Source of the DNA: Octopus sinensis
Lineage: Eukaryota
Assembly: GCF_006345805.1 (NCBI RefSeq)
Contig: NW_021824789.1
Span: forward strand, 1-17,715
Reading direction: 5' to 3'
DNA length: 17,715 bases
Below are positions 17,491-17,715 of this stretch, one piece after another (position 1 is the stretch's first letter; every line of letters starts with the position of its first letter). The notes below the pieces were generated by a model. It searched no databases and was not told the DNA's origin. It worked only from the letters and a program-made list of their open reading frames with translations. The position numbers and the translations under genes were made by a program.

Positions 17491-17715
17491 GTCTGTTAAC
17501 ATTATTTAGTTTCAGGCGGCTGATGTCAGCGCGCTGCTCAAAGTCATCACCTGAAAAATCCTCACCGCTGATCAATAAACGCAACCATTTTATTGTGAGC
17601 AATGGACGTTAGTTTAGTAAGCCATGCTGGAACCTGTTAATGAAAGCGGTCAATATATTATTATTAGATTATATTGGATTCCATCGTGCGTTGCCCTTTC
17701 TGAGCAGGACAAGCC

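Noticed and set aside
17482-17612. Terminal-exon-like readings: + TTTCAG|AADVSALLKVIT* or RLMSARCSK...; minus TTTTCAG|GDDFEQRADISRLKLNNVNRHA*
   Set aside because: Both strands give equally plausible short readings with no recognisable homology; cannot be decided without transcripts.

Overview
AT-rich, repeat-saturated eukaryotic window. It is most likely coleoid cephalopod (Octopus-like), inferred from recalled similarity of its tRNA-derived SINEs and LINE tails to octopus families. Most of the window is microsatellite (TA, CA, TACA, TAGA, TAA, GGT/ACC, CT/GA) or decayed transposons: a mariner fragment, several tRNA-SINEs (two with clear target-site duplications), an RTE-derived non-autonomous element, a TTAA-type MITE, a CR1 3' end, and a co-oriented cluster of R4/Dong-type (RT plus restriction-like endonuclease) LINE fragments at 9.5-14.6 kb. 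There is no intact conserved protein-coding gene, and nearly all ORFs in the track are microsatellite artefacts. The best leads are: (i) an intact-looking minimal type I hammerhead ribozyme in a Penelope-like repeat (14945-14990); (ii) a decayed hammerhead-shaped fold in the 3' UTR of an R4/Dong LINE fragment (6738-6784); (iii) + strand segments reading as PDZ-domain pieces (14820-15774); (iv) a phase-consistent minus-strand spliced model for a Thr/His-rich protein (7566-8771); (v) a tRNA-Arg(TCT) copy with its trailer and T5 terminator fused to a LINE-type tail; (vi) a tandemly duplicated exon-like unit (2060-2608). All gene models are unverified inferences made by eye.
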